The notes under the pieces are model-generated. The model did not search any database. It worked only from the letters and a program-made list of their open reading frames with translations, and was not told the origin of the DNA. Shown here piece by piece: positions 24,349 through 36,742 of a stretch of 64,000 bases of DNA (position 1 is the stretch's first letter; each line of letters starts with the position of its first letter). The position numbers were made by a program, and so were the translations under genes. The stretch comes from Vicugna vicugna (lineage: Eukaryota). The stretch spans positions 74,312-138,311 of the forward strand of contig MU058205.1 of NCBI GenBank assembly GCA_013265495.1, in the 5' to 3' direction.

Positions 24349-25124
24349 AACTCAGGTTCTTCTTGCTGCTGTAACAAATAACCACAAACTTAATGGCCTA
24401 AAACAACACACATGTATTATTTTAAATTGACCCACATGGGTCTGGCTGGGATCAAATCAAGGTGTTAACAGGGCTGCTTTTCTTTCTGAAGGCTCAAGGG
24501 AGAAACCATTTTCCTGAGCAGTCAAGCTGTTGGTAGAATTCAGTTCTCTGTGATTGTAGCCCTGAAGTCCCCGTTGCCTTGCTGGCTGTCAGCTGAGGGC
24601 CAACCCAGCATGCAGAAGCTGTGTGTTTTCTGATTCATGGCCGCCTCCCTCCTTCTTCAAGTCGGTAATGGTGGGTTGAGTCTCCCTCATGCTTCAGGTC
24701 TCTCCTATTCTTCTCCTGTCTTCTCCTCTCTCTGACATCAACTGGGTTCTCTACTTTTTTAAAACATTTTTTTTTGATTTATAATCATTTTACAATGTTG
24801 TGTCAATTATTTTTTTGGTGGGGGAGGTAATTAGGTTTATTTATTTTTTCTCAGAGGTGGCACTGGGGATTGAACCCAGGACCTCATGCACGCTAAGCAT
24901 GCACTCTACCACTTGAGCTATCCCCTCCCTCGGGTTCTCTACTTGTTAAGACCCCATGTGATTAGATTGTGCCCACCCAGATAACCCGGGATCATCTCCC
25001 CATCTTGAGATCCGTAACCTTAATCACATCTGCAAAGTCCCCTTTGCCATGTAATGTGGCATATTCCCAGGTCTCAGGGATTAGGACGAGGACATCTCTG
25101 TGGGCCATTGTTTGGCCTACCACA
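24349..25124 (-). mobile_element. MLT1 solo LTR inserted in the EEF1A1 pseudogene
   Basis: ttgctgctgtaacaaataaccacaaacttaatggcctaaaacaacac...ggacatctctgtgggccattgtttggcctaccaca. Confidence 0.85.
24757..24931 (-). mobile_element. vic-1-like SINE plus ~50 bp L1 terminus
   Basis: perfect 13-bp TSD gggttctctactt at 24744-24756 and 24932-24944. Confidence 0.9.
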
Positions 25125-26388
25125 CCTAGAACATTTACCAAAACCATGCTCACATATCTCAGGCTGACTCTCCTGCTTGTTGCTGTGGTGTTGATGAATT
25201 TGTGCCTGATGACTCGAAGAATGGGGGACATATAAGAAAGTCACTGAGAAGTCAGATGTACGTTTGAAAAAAATTGCTGCAACCCAGACACAGCATTTGT
25301 GTCACTTTCAGGTGACCAATGTGTAAGGGCTAGATGCTACTGGAGATGGAATGTTGCTGTGGGAATGGCCACAAAGGGCTGCCTGCTGACCACGTCCTGC
25401 CGGCAGGACCTCTGTCTGTTCCTGCAGGGCTACCCTGCCAGCTGAGTGGAGACTGGCATTCTCACGGCTTACATGGTGGTCACTTTTGCCCAGTCAAAAA
25501 TCACAAATCTGATGAAATGCTTCACTTTCAGCAACGCTCAGCCTCATGATAACAAGGGCTTCAACATCAAAAAAATGTCTATCAGAGATACTTGTTGCAA
25601 GAAGACTGACCACTCCTCCCATGGAAACTGCCAGATTCCCTGCATAAGTGGTAATAACCCTGAGCTGTAGGCTGAATCAGAACTGATCCAGCCCTGGGCG
25701 ACATTGTCACATGGCTTGGTTGTCTGCAAGAAGGTTGATCTGGCCAGAGCCAGAAGAAGCATGAAATCTTGAAATCTGGAGTGATGCCGCAGTTGGCACG
25801 ATTCCAGTGGGTTTTCCTTGATCATCTTCTCTGGAATAGTGTTCCTGTCCGGGATATAAGAGTCTGCAGCTGTCCGTGTCTTCAAGGCTGTTAACACGAA
25901 GGCTGATGGAAGTAGCAAGATCCCACCATTTGTCCAGAAATCTCAGAGTCTACAAGAATAATCTGTCCCATACCTGCCCTACTGTCCCACTAAGGTAGAA
26001 GAACTGACCTGAGCTGTGTGTCCTGTTGGATCATTTAAGTCATTTTTTTTTATTCAAGAGGAAAAGATTAGCTAATGAAAATAATGCATCACAAAAGTTT
26101 CAAAAGGAAAGGAATGTTTATGGAAATTTTAAGTTTTTAGATTTTAAAGTCAATATTTAAAAATGAAAACAACTTGACCAAAAGTGGGTCTCAGATTATT
26201 AACACAGTTAAAATAACATTTAATGTGAGAAAAATTCGAAGGAGATATTGTAGGATAAATGTGAAGCCATCTCCCAGGAACTAGAATAAAGAAACAAAAA
26301 GAAAAGACAAAATCAAATGCTCCATCCACAGGGCCCAACATCCTACTAGAAGGAATTCCACGTGAGAATGAGGAAAATGCAGGGAAGA

Positions 26389-27510
26389 TTAAACTTACAA
26401 GCTTTTGCACAGCCAAGGAAACCATAAGCAAAACAAAAAGACAACCTATGGAATGGGAGAAAATATTTGCAAAATATGAGACTTACAAGGGCTTAATTTC
26501 CAGAATATATAAGTTCATACAACTTAATAAAAATAAAACAAACAAACCAATCCAAAAATGGGCTGGAGACCTAAATAAGCAATTCTCCAATGAAGACGTA
26601 CAAATGACCAACAGGAACATGAAAAAAAATGCTCAACATCACTAATTATCAGAGAAATGCAAATAAAACTACAGTGAGGTATCACTTCACACTGGTCAGA
26701 ATGGCCATCATCAAAAAGTCCACAAACAATAAATGCTGGAGAGGGTGTGGAGAAAAGGGAACCCTCCTACACTGCTGGTGGGAATGCAGTTTGGTACTAC
26801 TTTATGGAAAACAGTATGGAGATTCCTTAAAAAACTAAAAATAGACTCACCATAAGATCCAGCAATCCCACTCCTTCCTGGGCATGTATCCAGAGGGAAT
26901 TTTAATTCAAAAAGATACATGCACCCCAATGTTCATAGCAGCACTATTTACAATAGCCAAGACATGGAAGCAACCTAAATGTCTATCAGCAGATGACTGG
27001 ATAAAGAAGCTGTGGTATCTTTATACAATGGAATACTACTCAGCCATAAAAATATAAAATAATACCATTTGCAGCAACATGGATGGGCCTGGAGATTGTC
27101 CTTTTAAATGAAGAAAGCCAGAAAGAGAAAGAAAGATACCATATGATATCACCTATATGTGGAATCTAAAAAAAAGACAGATGAACTTATAAAACAGAGA
27201 CAGATTCACAGACACAGAATAAACTTATGGTTACTGGGAGGGAGGGGGTGAGAAGGGATAAATTGGGAGTTGGGGATTTGCAGATACTAACTACTATCTA
27301 TAAAACAGATAAACAAGTTTCTCCTGTACAGCACAGGGAACTACATTTAATATCCTATAGTAACCTGTAATGAAAAAGAATATGAAAATGAATATATGTA
27401 TGTATATGGGTGACTGAGGCATGATGCCTCACACCAGAGATTGACCCAACAGTGTAAATTGACTATACTTCAATACAAACATTAAAAATTAAGAAAAAAT
27501 TTTAAAATAA
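26389..27510 (+). mobile_element. LINE-1, 5'-truncated (ORF2 C-terminus plus 3'UTR)
   Basis: MEWEKIFA..., [38 protein letters not shown] (L1 ORF2 Cys-rich domain); TSD aggaaaatg(c/g)agggaaga at 26371-26388 and 27511-27528. Confidence 0.95.
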
Positions 27511-28402
27511 AGGAAAATGGAGGGAAGAGTTTGTCAAAGACGTCAGTGAAGTAAAAACCTCAGAACTAAAAGCCATGAGACGTGGGTCCAGCCACGTGCC
27601 CAGCACACAATGAACGAAAAATGCCCTCAGCAAAGTCTCTTGCACACACTTTCAGGACTGCGGTTTAAAAAAGACCCTAAAACTCTCCACAGGGAAAAAA
27701 ATTACTCCCATATAGAGAATGAGGATTTGAATGCTGTTGGATTTTTCAGCTGCTCTAATGAAAGTGAGGAGCAAGTCTTCAAATTTCTGAAGGAAAATGT
27801 ACCCTCGAAAAGGTCCACTGGGTATAGTCACGTGCTGTTATAAAGCTAATTTCAGACGGGCAAGCTCTCAAAGAGATGTCTTTCTCATGCACCCTTTCTT
27901 CAAAACCTTAATCAAAAGAGGAAGTAAGCCAAGAAAAGATGATTTGGGATTCCAGAAACAGGGATCCCACGCAGGGGAAGAGTCGCAGGGAATTCTCCGC
28001 TTTACAGGGACAGGAGCCCGGGGAATACCGCCCGTCCAGGCTGGCCAGGGGCACAGAGGCTTCAGGAGGGATATTTCCAAGGGGAAAAAAAAAAAAAACC
28101 CAAACTGATGCATTACCTGATGTCTTTGTCTATATTGAGAGGAACTGTGTGGCTCTGCTTGGAGAATTTGATTAAGAGTAAGTGGTTTCTATCTAAAGAT
28201 ATTTCTAAAGATAGAAAACTGCAATCTTCAGGAAAACAGCATGCTGCACTAGAAATCAAATTTGCAGCTCAGCCTGGTGTCATAGTCACACGGTTGTTCA
28301 TAATGGAACTGCAAACTATTAATTGGGCCAAATCTCGTGATACAAGTATATTAAGAGGAGGAAGAGAGGAAGTACGTACATGCGGAATGAAAGGGGGGAG
28401 AA

Positions 28403-28543
28403 GGGGGGATGGCATAGCTCAGTGGTAGAGCATGTGCTTAGCATGCATGATTTCCTGGATTCAATCCCCAGTCCCTCCATTAAAAATAAATAAGTAAATA
28501 AACCTAATTGCCACTCCCACATAAAAAAAAAAAAGAAAAGAAA
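28403..28543 (+). mobile_element. vic-1-like SINE
   Basis: catagctcagtggtagagcatgtgcttagcatgcatgatttcctggattcaatccccag plus tail. Confidence 0.9.
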
Positions 28544-29207
28544 TGGGGGAGATACCGGCAGAAGAGCTAGATTCTGATCCCATGTTGTAGGAAGTCAATA
28601 AATGATGTTTAAAATTGTAAAACTTTTTAAAAAGCCAGGCAACTGCATCATTTAAAAAATGCAGAAGTAAACTCCAGAAGGGAACTAAAAGAGCTGCCTC
28701 TGCAGGGTGGAGCTCAGGGCTGAGGAAAAGGTGTCAGGAGACCCCCTTTCCACCCCAGGACGTGTGGGATCGTTTGAATGTAAAAAAAATTCTATGCATA
28801 TTTTGCTCTAATAGAAATCCAAATTTTAAAATGTGAAAAACAAGGAGAATTTCTCTGCTGTTATGGTAGCTGTGTGTGTCCCAGTACACAGACACGTGAC
28901 GTCTGCGTGATCACACAACAGACGGGGCGGGTCAGGCACAGGCCACCCGAGGGGCTGGGTCACGCTGGATTTCCCCACGGATTTCTTGAGGCCACTTTCA
29001 TCTCTGAGGATCACCGGGTGATCAGGAAAGAATGGCTTAGACATGTTGATAACCAGAAGTGATGTATCTTAAGACAATCATCTTGTCATAACCTATAATG
29101 GACTATAATCTGCAAAAGTATTGAAAAAAACAAACAACACAGGGTGATTATCTGGATAATCCTGACTCATTAAGGTAAAAAAACAGCACTATTTTATCTT
29201 GGAGTTC

Positions 29208-29320
29208 TTTTTTTTATTGTATTAAAGTATAGTCAGTTACAATGTGTCAGTTTTGGGTGTAAAGCATAACGTCCCAGTCATACATATATATATATACATA
29301 TATTTGTTTTCATAGTCTTT
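29208..29320 (-). mobile_element. very short L1 3'-terminal insertion
   Basis: ttaaagtatagtcagttacaatgtgtcagttttgggtgtaaagcataacgtcccagtcat...ttttcatagtcttt. Confidence 0.8.
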
Positions 29321-30267
29321 CGAGGGGTTCCTTTGAATTAAATTTCCTGAGATTGGTGTCCACCTTGATCAAACTTGCTGCACATCTGCTGGGCATACAC
29401 TTCGCCTGGTCAGTAACTCAGTTTGAGAGACTTGTGGTGAAGCTCACCCCAACCTAAGCCTGAATCTAGCCTTCACGCTGGGGGACTCAGGTCCCTTAGA
29501 ACTCACACCGTCTTTCTCTGCTCAAGCTTTGAGTCCAAATGAATATCTTTTTGAAGCACTCCTTCTCTGTCTCCCTGCTTTAAGTTCTGTGCTAAGTGCC
29601 GTATGTGTTCGGTTGGCGATCAGAGTCTGTGTGTTTAGACACTGGAGGATGGCTACCTGCCTGATCCAGTTTTCCTGTGTTTGTGTCATGGTGCTGGGTG
29701 CACAGCCTCCTGGCCGCAGGACCAGCTCCTAGAGAGAGATCCTGGCCAATGAGAACCTTCCCCTGCCCACCTGCCTCTCTGAGCTGGGCTTGGGGCCACT
29801 GGGGTGACAGCAGTGGTCTCATCTGTCACCTCTGACTTCTCTGCCTGCGTGGAGAATGTGGGTCTGGCATTGAAATGCTTAGAACGGAACACAGAAATCC
29901 AGCCATGAATCTTGTAGCTAACTTCCAAGGGATAAAATTTCCAGTTTTGTACAGACATCAAGTAAAATGTAAGACTGAATGGATGACATGCCCAGAATCA
30001 GTTCAAAGGATTGTGCTTCATCTGGAATATCTAGAACCATGAGAGGAAAGAATGCATTGTTCATGATAGGAACTTGTCCCTGGATACTTGACACGATTTT
30101 GCATGTGCACATGGTGCAGGCTGGGGGCTTTGGTCTGCTCTAGATGTTCGGCCTGTCTTAGAAAACTGTGTGGTGACTTTGACAGTCAGGTTTTACAGGG
30201 AGTCCGGGGAGTTGGTGTGGGTTTGGGTTTGTACCTGAAAGAAATGTGAATTATAATCAGTTTGTGA

Positions 30268-30855
30268 GATACCCATTCTCACCACTTTTATTCAACATAG
30301 TATTGGAAGCCCTAGCAACAGCAATCAGATAAGAAAAAGAAATAAAAGGGATCCAAGTTGGAAAGGAAGAAGTCAAACTGTTACTGTTTGCAGATGACAT
30401 AGCACTATATATAGAAAACCCTAAAGATGTCACCAAAAATCTATTAGAACTAGTAAATGAATTCAGTATAGTTTCAGGATATAAAATTAACATACAGAAA
30501 TATGTTTTATTTCTGTACACTAAAAATGAACTATCAGAAAGAGAAATTAAGAAAAAAACTCCACTTACAATTGCATCAGAAATACATTGAAATAAATCTA
30601 ACCAAGAAGGTAAAACACTTGTACTCAGAAAACAGTAAGACATTGATGAAAGAAATTGAAGATGCCACAAACAAATGGAAAGGTATACTATGTTCATGGC
30701 TTAGAAGAATTAATATTGTTAAAATGACCATACAACCCAAGGCAACCTATAGATTTAATGTAATGCCTATCAAAATGCCAATGACATTTTTCACAGAACT
30801 TGAACCTATCATTCCAAAATTTATGAAATACAATGGAAATACAAAAGAACCCAGG
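30268..30855 (+). mobile_element. LINE-1 ORF2 reverse-transcriptase fragment
   Basis: ctgtttgcagatgacatagcactatat (LFADD motif); [45 protein letters not shown]. Confidence 0.92.
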
Positions 30856-30914
30856 CATGAGGTATGCTCCCCCAAACCTTCTCTCTTCGACCCTCCCTGC
30901 AGACTCAGGTCACA

Positions 30915-31030
30915 GGTGAGCTACTATCCCTATTTTCACTCAAAGAAACTGAGGTACAGAGGGTTTAGATGACTTATTCAGGCTGATAATTGGCAAAGCC
31001 TGGTTTTGAACCCTGGTTTCCAAGTTGCAA
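30915..31030 (-). mobile_element. MIR fragment
   Basis: ctattttcactcaaagaaactgaggtacagagggtttagatgactt. Confidence 0.6.
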
Positions 31031-31059
31031 GCTCAAACTTGTTTTTTCATTTCTTAAAC

Positions 31060-32020
31060 TCTTTTGTTGGAGTATAATATGCATATGCACAAAATGTGCA
31101 AATAGAGCAGACTTATCATCAGGTGAGCAGACCCTTGTAATCCCCCAGATCAAGAAATAGGGCATTAGTTGTGTCCCCAAAGCCTCACTATCCTTCTCTA
31201 ATCTTATTACCCTCCTGACTTCTCTTGGCTCCCTCCTTCCCAGATGTTACCACTATTCTGACCTTCCATTGTACGTTAGTTTTGCCCCCTTTTGAACTTT
31301 ATGGAAATGAATCATATGGTTCACAGTCTTCTGTGTCTGGCCCTTTTTCACTCAGTATTATGGACGTGGTGTCATCCAGGCTGTCCTGAGCAGCAGTAGT
31401 TCATTTGTTTCCGTTGTATGATCAGACCACAATTTATCCATTTTGCTGTTGGTAGATATCTGAGTTGTTTCAGGGGAAGGTTGTTCTGATTGTTGCTGCT
31501 TGTGGCCATTCTTGTATACATCTTTTGTATCCCTGCAGTTACTTCTACCGGATCTGTTCCTAGGGGTGGAGTTGCTGGGTCACAGGGTTCATGTGTTTAT
31601 CTTCATTTCACATTGTCAAATGCTTTTTTGAAGTGGCTGTACCACCTCAGTGCTGCACTCCTGCTGGCCGTGTGTGGGTATCCCAGTCACTCTGCATCTT
31701 TTCTTACACTTGGTGTGATCAAAGTTTAATATTTTAGCCCTTCTTGTAGTTTTACTCTAGGAGTATCCTATTACATGAAGTGCCTGTTCAAATCTCATCC
31801 CTTATTTTTAATTGGGTTGTCTGTCTTGTTCTTGTTGATTTGGATACATCGTTTAGATATTCTGGATGCAACCCATCTGCTTGTTTAAATGATACAAAAA
31901 TCTTCTCTCACTCTGTGGTTTGTTTTTTTCATGCTCCTTATGGTGTTTTTTGATGAGGAAGATGCTTTATGAATTTTCTTCTTTGCATAGTGGTTCTCTG
32001 ACACATGTTAAAGAAGCACC
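31060..32020 (-). mobile_element. old L1 (L1ME/MC-type) 3' region
   Basis: cccagatcaagaaatagggcattag...ggagttgctgggtcacagggt...tgcctgttcaaatc...ttttaattgggttgtctgtc. Confidence 0.7.
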
Positions 32021-32194
32021 TAGGGATCTGTGGTTTCCTGCTCTTGTTCAGCAGGGTGTCCAGATCTCTGTGGCTTTGTTCTGGCTTTAGCCATCACATC
32101 TTCAGCTGGGAGACTTTCCTCCTGAATTTCTTTTACTTTTCTTTTTTTCTTTTTTGATAGTTTATAAATTATTAATAGTTTACAAGATGCTATG

Positions 32195-33990
32195 ACTTTT
32201 TATTGTAGTATAATTGACTTACAATATTATATTAGTTTCATGTGTACAACCGAGTGACTTTATATTTCTAGACATTACAAAATGATCACCATGGTAAGTC
32301 TATTTACCGTCTGTCACCATACAAAGTTATTACATAGTTATTGACTAGATGTCCCACTCTGTACATTTCATCCCCTTGACTCATTTATTTTGTAACTAGA
32401 AATTTGTAACTCAATTTTTCTCACCTAGTTCATTCAACCTCCTTGCACCCCTTCTTCCCTCTGGCAACCATCTGTTTGTTCTCTGTATCTATCTGTTTCT
32501 GTTTTATTTTGTTTGTTCATTTGTTTTGTTTCTTAGGTTCCACATATAAATGAAATCATACAATATTTGTCTTTACCTGTCTGATTTATTTCAGTTAGCA
32601 TAGTACCCTCTTGGTCCGTCCATGTTGCCACAAATGGCAAGATTTCATTCTTTTTATGGCTGAATAATATTCCTATATATACATATATATCATATCTTAA
32701 TTATCCATTCATCTATCAATGGACACTTAGAGTGCTTCCCATATCTTGGCTATTGTAAATAATGCTGCTATGAATACTGGGCTACATGTTTTTTTTTTAA
32801 ATTAGTATTTTATAATTTTCTTTGGATATATATCCAGAAGTGGGACTGCTGGATCATATAGTAGTTATATTTTTAATTTTTTTTAAGGAAGCTCCATACT
32901 GTTTTCTATAGTGGCTGTGCCAGTTTACATCCCACCAACAGTTTACAAGGGTTCCCTTTTCTCCACATCATTGCCAACACTTATTTGTTGTCCTTTTGAT
33001 GACAGCCATTCTGACAGGTGTGAGGTGACATCTCACTGTGGTTTGATTTGCATTCCCCTGATGATTAGTGATGTTGAGCATCTTTTCATGTGTCTGTTGG
33101 CCATCTGGGTGTCTTCTTTGGAAATGTCTGTTCAGGTCCTCCATCCATTTTTAAATCAGATTGTTTTTGTGATGTTGAGTTTTATGAATTCTTTGTATAT
33201 TTTGGATATTAACTCCTTACTGGAGTTATATAATTATTTTAAGTGGATGACTTCTTAAGTTTGAATGCGTTCCTATAATCCTGTTTTTTTTTACTCCCCT
33301 CTCATGACAATTAACATTTTCGACATTATATTCTAAATCTTTTTATTTTGTGTATCCCTTAACTGCTTGTTGTGGATATAGACGATTTTACTACTTCTGT
33401 CTTTTAACCTTCTTATCAGCTTTATAAGGCTGATCTGTTGCCTTTATTGTATGTTTGATTTTACCAGTGAGATTTTTGCCTTTTGTAATATTTATATTTC
33501 TAGTTGTGGTCTTTTCCACCTAGAGAAATCCCTTTAACATATTTTTGTAAAGCTGGTTTAGTGGTGCTGAACTCTTAACTTTTGCTTGTCTGTAAAGCTC
33601 TTGTATCTCCTTCATATTTGAAAGATAGACTTGCCAGGTAGAGTTTCCTTGGTTGTATGTGTTTTTCTTTGTATCTCTGTTTATCTCTATGCATTAGGTA
33701 GGTCAGTTACATTTCCCAGTCTTAGAGAACTGGTCTCATGGCAGAGACATCCTATGGGGCCCAGCAGCACACCCCTCTCTGGTCACAGCGCTTATGCTCT
33801 AGGCGTGCCTCCTACGTGGGCTGCCCTGCTGTGGAAGGCTGACTACTGTGGGTGCACTGGTAGATGTGGCTGGTCCCTGCCCGGTTGGCTGCTGGGCCCT
33901 CCCTCTGAAGAAGCTGCCAGTCTGCTGGTCAGTGGGGCCAGATTCCAGTATCTGGCTCTGGGGCCCAGTGTGTCTCGGATGCAACCCCAA
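32195..33990 (-). mobile_element. LINE-1 with large internal deletions (3' end, inter-ORF/ORF1 end, 5'UTR piece)
   Basis: 3'UTR/ORF2 end 32195-33220; ORF1-end motif tccctttaacat...aaagctggtttagtggtgctgaactc at ~33530-33575; GC-richer 5'UTR-like segment 33680-33990. Confidence 0.75.
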
Positions 33991-34226
33991 ACTCTTAACC
34001 ACTCCCACTTTCTTATGCTGGAAGCCAGGAGACCTGGTCTGTTCCTCAGGGGTTATGTGACCTGAGGGAAATCATTTCCTTTTATGGACTTCTGGGGCTT
34101 TTTCTCTATAAAGTGATTTAAGTTTTGATAAGAGTAACCCTGGGCCCTTTTGGACACTAGGATACATGCCCAACATTGTGGTAGGAGCTTGCACACAGTA
34201 GGCATTTAATAAGTGTGGGGATGAGT

Positions 34227-34366
34227 GGGGAAGGTATAGCTCAGTGGTAGAGTGCAGGGCTTAGCATGCAGGAGGTCCTGGGTTCAATCCGTGGTACCGC
34301 CATTAAAAATGATAATAATAATATACAAACAAACCAAATGACCTTTCCCCCACCAGATTAAAAATA
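34227..34366 (+). mobile_element. vic-1-like SINE inserted in a MIR/L2-like remnant
   Basis: ggtatagctcagtggtagagtgcagggcttagcatgcaggaggtcctgggttcaatcc; TSD taagtgtgg(g/a)gatga. Confidence 0.9.
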
Positions 34367-34523
34367 GTAAGTGTGGAGATGAATGAATAGGTTATTTACG
34401 AGGAAATCATTCTTTCTTAGCAGCAGAAAATCACCTACCTATGCAGGTATTTGAAAGCCAGAAACTGGAAAGTGGAGTCCAGGGCCACAAAGGGCTCAGA
34501 GCGCCTCTTATCAAAACTGCAGA

Positions 34524-34778
34524 CACAGAATACAAACTTGTGGTTGCCAAGGGGGCGGGGGGTGGGAAGGGACAGACTGGGATTTCAGAATGTAGACTAG
34601 ATAAACGAGATTATACTGTGTAGCACAGGGAATATATACAAGATCTTTCGGTAGCTCACAGAGAAAACAATGTGACGATGAATATATATATGTTCATGTA
34701 TAACTGAATAATTGTGCCCTACACTGGAATTTGACACAACATTGTAAAATGATTATAAATCAATAAAAAATGTTAAAA
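34524..34778 (+). mobile_element. LINE-1 3' UTR fragment
   Basis: acaaacttgtggttgccaagggg...gacacaacattgtaaaatgattataaatcaataaaaaatgtt; TSD aaaact(g/a)caga. Confidence 0.88.
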
Positions 34779-34829
34779 AAAACTACAGAGGAGACACAGG
34801 TAATGAGTTTTTATTTTTTAAAGAAGTTG

Positions 34830-34955
34830 CTTTTTTTTTGGGGGGGGGAGGAGGTAATTAGGAATATTTATTTATTTTTGGTGGAAGTACTGGGGTTAGA
34901 ACCCAGGATCTCATGCATGCTAAGCACGCGCTCTACCACTGAGCTCTACCCTCCC
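34830..34955 (-). mobile_element. vic-1-like SINE
   Basis: ctggggttagaacccaggatctcatgcatgctaagcacgcgctctaccactgagctctaccctcccc. Confidence 0.9.
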
Positions 34956-35064
34956 CGCTCCCTGGGAACAACTTTGAATTGCAGTTTTTGCTACTTTTCA
35001 CTTCCTTACGACTGCAAGCCCCCCCCACCCCCTGAAACCTGGTTGTCACTGAATGTTTTGCCCT

Positions 35065-35195
35065 ATGTGTCCTCAGACTTCAGTAGGTATAAGACACCCC
35101 TGGGGAGACTGCAAAAATGCAGGTTCTTTGGCTCCACCCCCAAGGGGTCCTGACTCAGAATGTGACCCAGAAATCTGCACTTTCACAACTACCCA
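35065..35195. mobile_element. MER5-like hAT-Charlie remnant
   Basis: cacccctggggagactgcaaaaatgcaggttctttggctccacccc...gaaatctgcactttcacaa. Confidence 0.55.
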
Positions 35196-35493
35196 AACAC
35201 CTGGTGCTTTGTTCTATGATCTTCAGTGGGATGAACCTTCTACTCTGGGTGAATTCAGGAAAAATTGCTTATTAGATTAAATCATGTGTTTCTGAAGACC
35301 CCCTCCCACCTCAGTGGGTGGAGGATCAGGGTGGAGTCCCCTTCCAAAGTGGCTGGTGTGCAAGGAGACGCTGAGTGCCCAGGGGCTCAGGTCCAGGGTG
35401 GCCCACTTTAAGGAGCAAGACAAAAAGTAGGAGCCAAAAGGACAGAGCACTAGGCAAGTTGCATTGTGAAGAATAGAAAATGACCAGAAAGTA

Positions 35494-35633
35494 GGAGAGG
35501 GTAGAGCTCAAGTGGTTGGCATGCTTAGCATGCAGAAGGTTCCGGATTCAATTCCCAGTACCTCCATTAAAAAAAAAAATAAACAAATAAACCTAATTAC
35601 CCTGCCCCTCCCAAAAAAAAAAAAAAAAAAAAA
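35494..35633 (+). mobile_element. vic-1-like SINE
   Basis: agctcaagtggttggcatgcttagcatgcagaaggttccggattcaattcccagtacctcc, tail module and a long pure A-tract. Confidence 0.9.
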
Positions 35634-36701
35634 GCGACAAGAGCTCTGTTTATCGGTTGCATGGGCATGTCGTGCAGGTGGATGGAGCAAGACAGAGCGG
35701 ATATTTAAAAAGTGACACAGGGGACCAACCATGAATGTCTGCTGTCCACAGCTCAGGATGGCCTGGCCTGGGGAGAGGGGGCAGTAGGGGGAGAAGGGGC
35801 CGCTGGGTGCTGGCGCGGCCTGGGCCTGCGTTGCTGCCGGACCCATCCTCTGCCCCACATCCCCATCACGTGGTGCAGGGCCCTGCCCTCGGTGGGGCTC
35901 ACAAGTGTCTTCTTAATTGGGAAATGTCGCAGGTAGCAGCCTGATGGGGCCAAGCCAGGAATCTGATGCTGTATTCAAAGCAGGAGGAGGATTCTCCAAG
36001 GTAAATAAATAAGGGAGTTGTTATCATTGATCAGAGAGTCCTGGGCGAGGGTCAGTGCCTCTCAGAGGCCATGTGTAGAATTAAACCAAAACCAAAACCA
36101 AAACCAAATTTGAGTCAAGTCACCAAGAACAAAAAGGCCCTTTGTGTCCACTGAAAGCCTGCTGCGTCTCAGAAGTCTCCCCCTCTCTTCTGAGTAAAAT
36201 AATCTAAGTGTCAGCTCACCCGGGAGGCAGCCCCCAGGGCAGGGCCAGGCCGTGTAAGACGGAGCTGTTTCCTGTACCCCTGCGGCCTTGTGATAAGAAA
36301 GTGCGTAAATAGATGGGGTGGGGGGAGGTTGGGGGTGGACAGAATCCTAGGGAGAGCCGCTGTCTAGTTCCAAGCGTGCTTCCGTGCTGTGATGGGAAGG
36401 AAGCGACACTTATGTACATTACGTACGTTGTTTCATCATCATCTTTTGTTCTTATAGGACACACCCCACTTGCCCCCAGTGCTGCCTATTCCCTGTGCTT
36501 TGGGGGAACTTAGCTACATCTATGTTATGTGTCAGCGATGCTGGCAAGGGACATCTGTTTTAGAGGCGGGTGCAGCTCATCTGACAATCTTTGCCTGAAG
36601 ATCCCAGCTTTTGTTTCAGAGGTAGACGCCAGCCCCTCCCAGGGACAAGCAGTCTTCTTGGCCGGCTTGGCTTGTAATTCCTCCCGAAATTCTTTAGGGG
36701 G

Positions 36702-36742
<41 letters not shown>

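Larger units (their letters stand above)
24050..26235 (+). pseudogene. EEF1A1: full-length processed pseudogene of eukaryotic translation elongation factor 1 alpha 1
   Basis: TOP-like ctttttc at 24050 and ATG at 24097; ETSKYNVTTID (24316-24348) vs ETSKYYVTIID; ORF 25446-25670 ETGILTAYMVVTFAQ...HDNKGFNIKKMSIRD vs ETGVLKPGMVVTFAP...GDNVGFNVKNVSVKD; C-terminal VFKAVNTKADGSSK vs VIKAVDKKAAGAGK; EEF1A1-like 3'UTR (aatgcatc, aaggaaaggaatgttt, aaacaacttgaccaaaa); no introns, many stops and indels. Confidence 0.93.
23690..28800 (+). mobile_element. ancient HAL1/L1-ORF1-like element, broken by later insertions (pieces ~23690-24045, 26236-26388, 27511-28800)
   Basis: aagaaagagctcttgaaaattaaaaatataattgcag is continued by ggataaatgtgaagccatctcccaggaactagaa...ggaaaatgcagggaaga and by gtgcccagcacacaatgaacgaaaaa; resembles the HAL1 consensus from memory. 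Confidence 0.55.

Noticed and set aside
24097..25960. Functional EEF1A retrogene
   Set aside because: It has numerous frameshifts, stops and deletions and an LTR insertion in the coding region.
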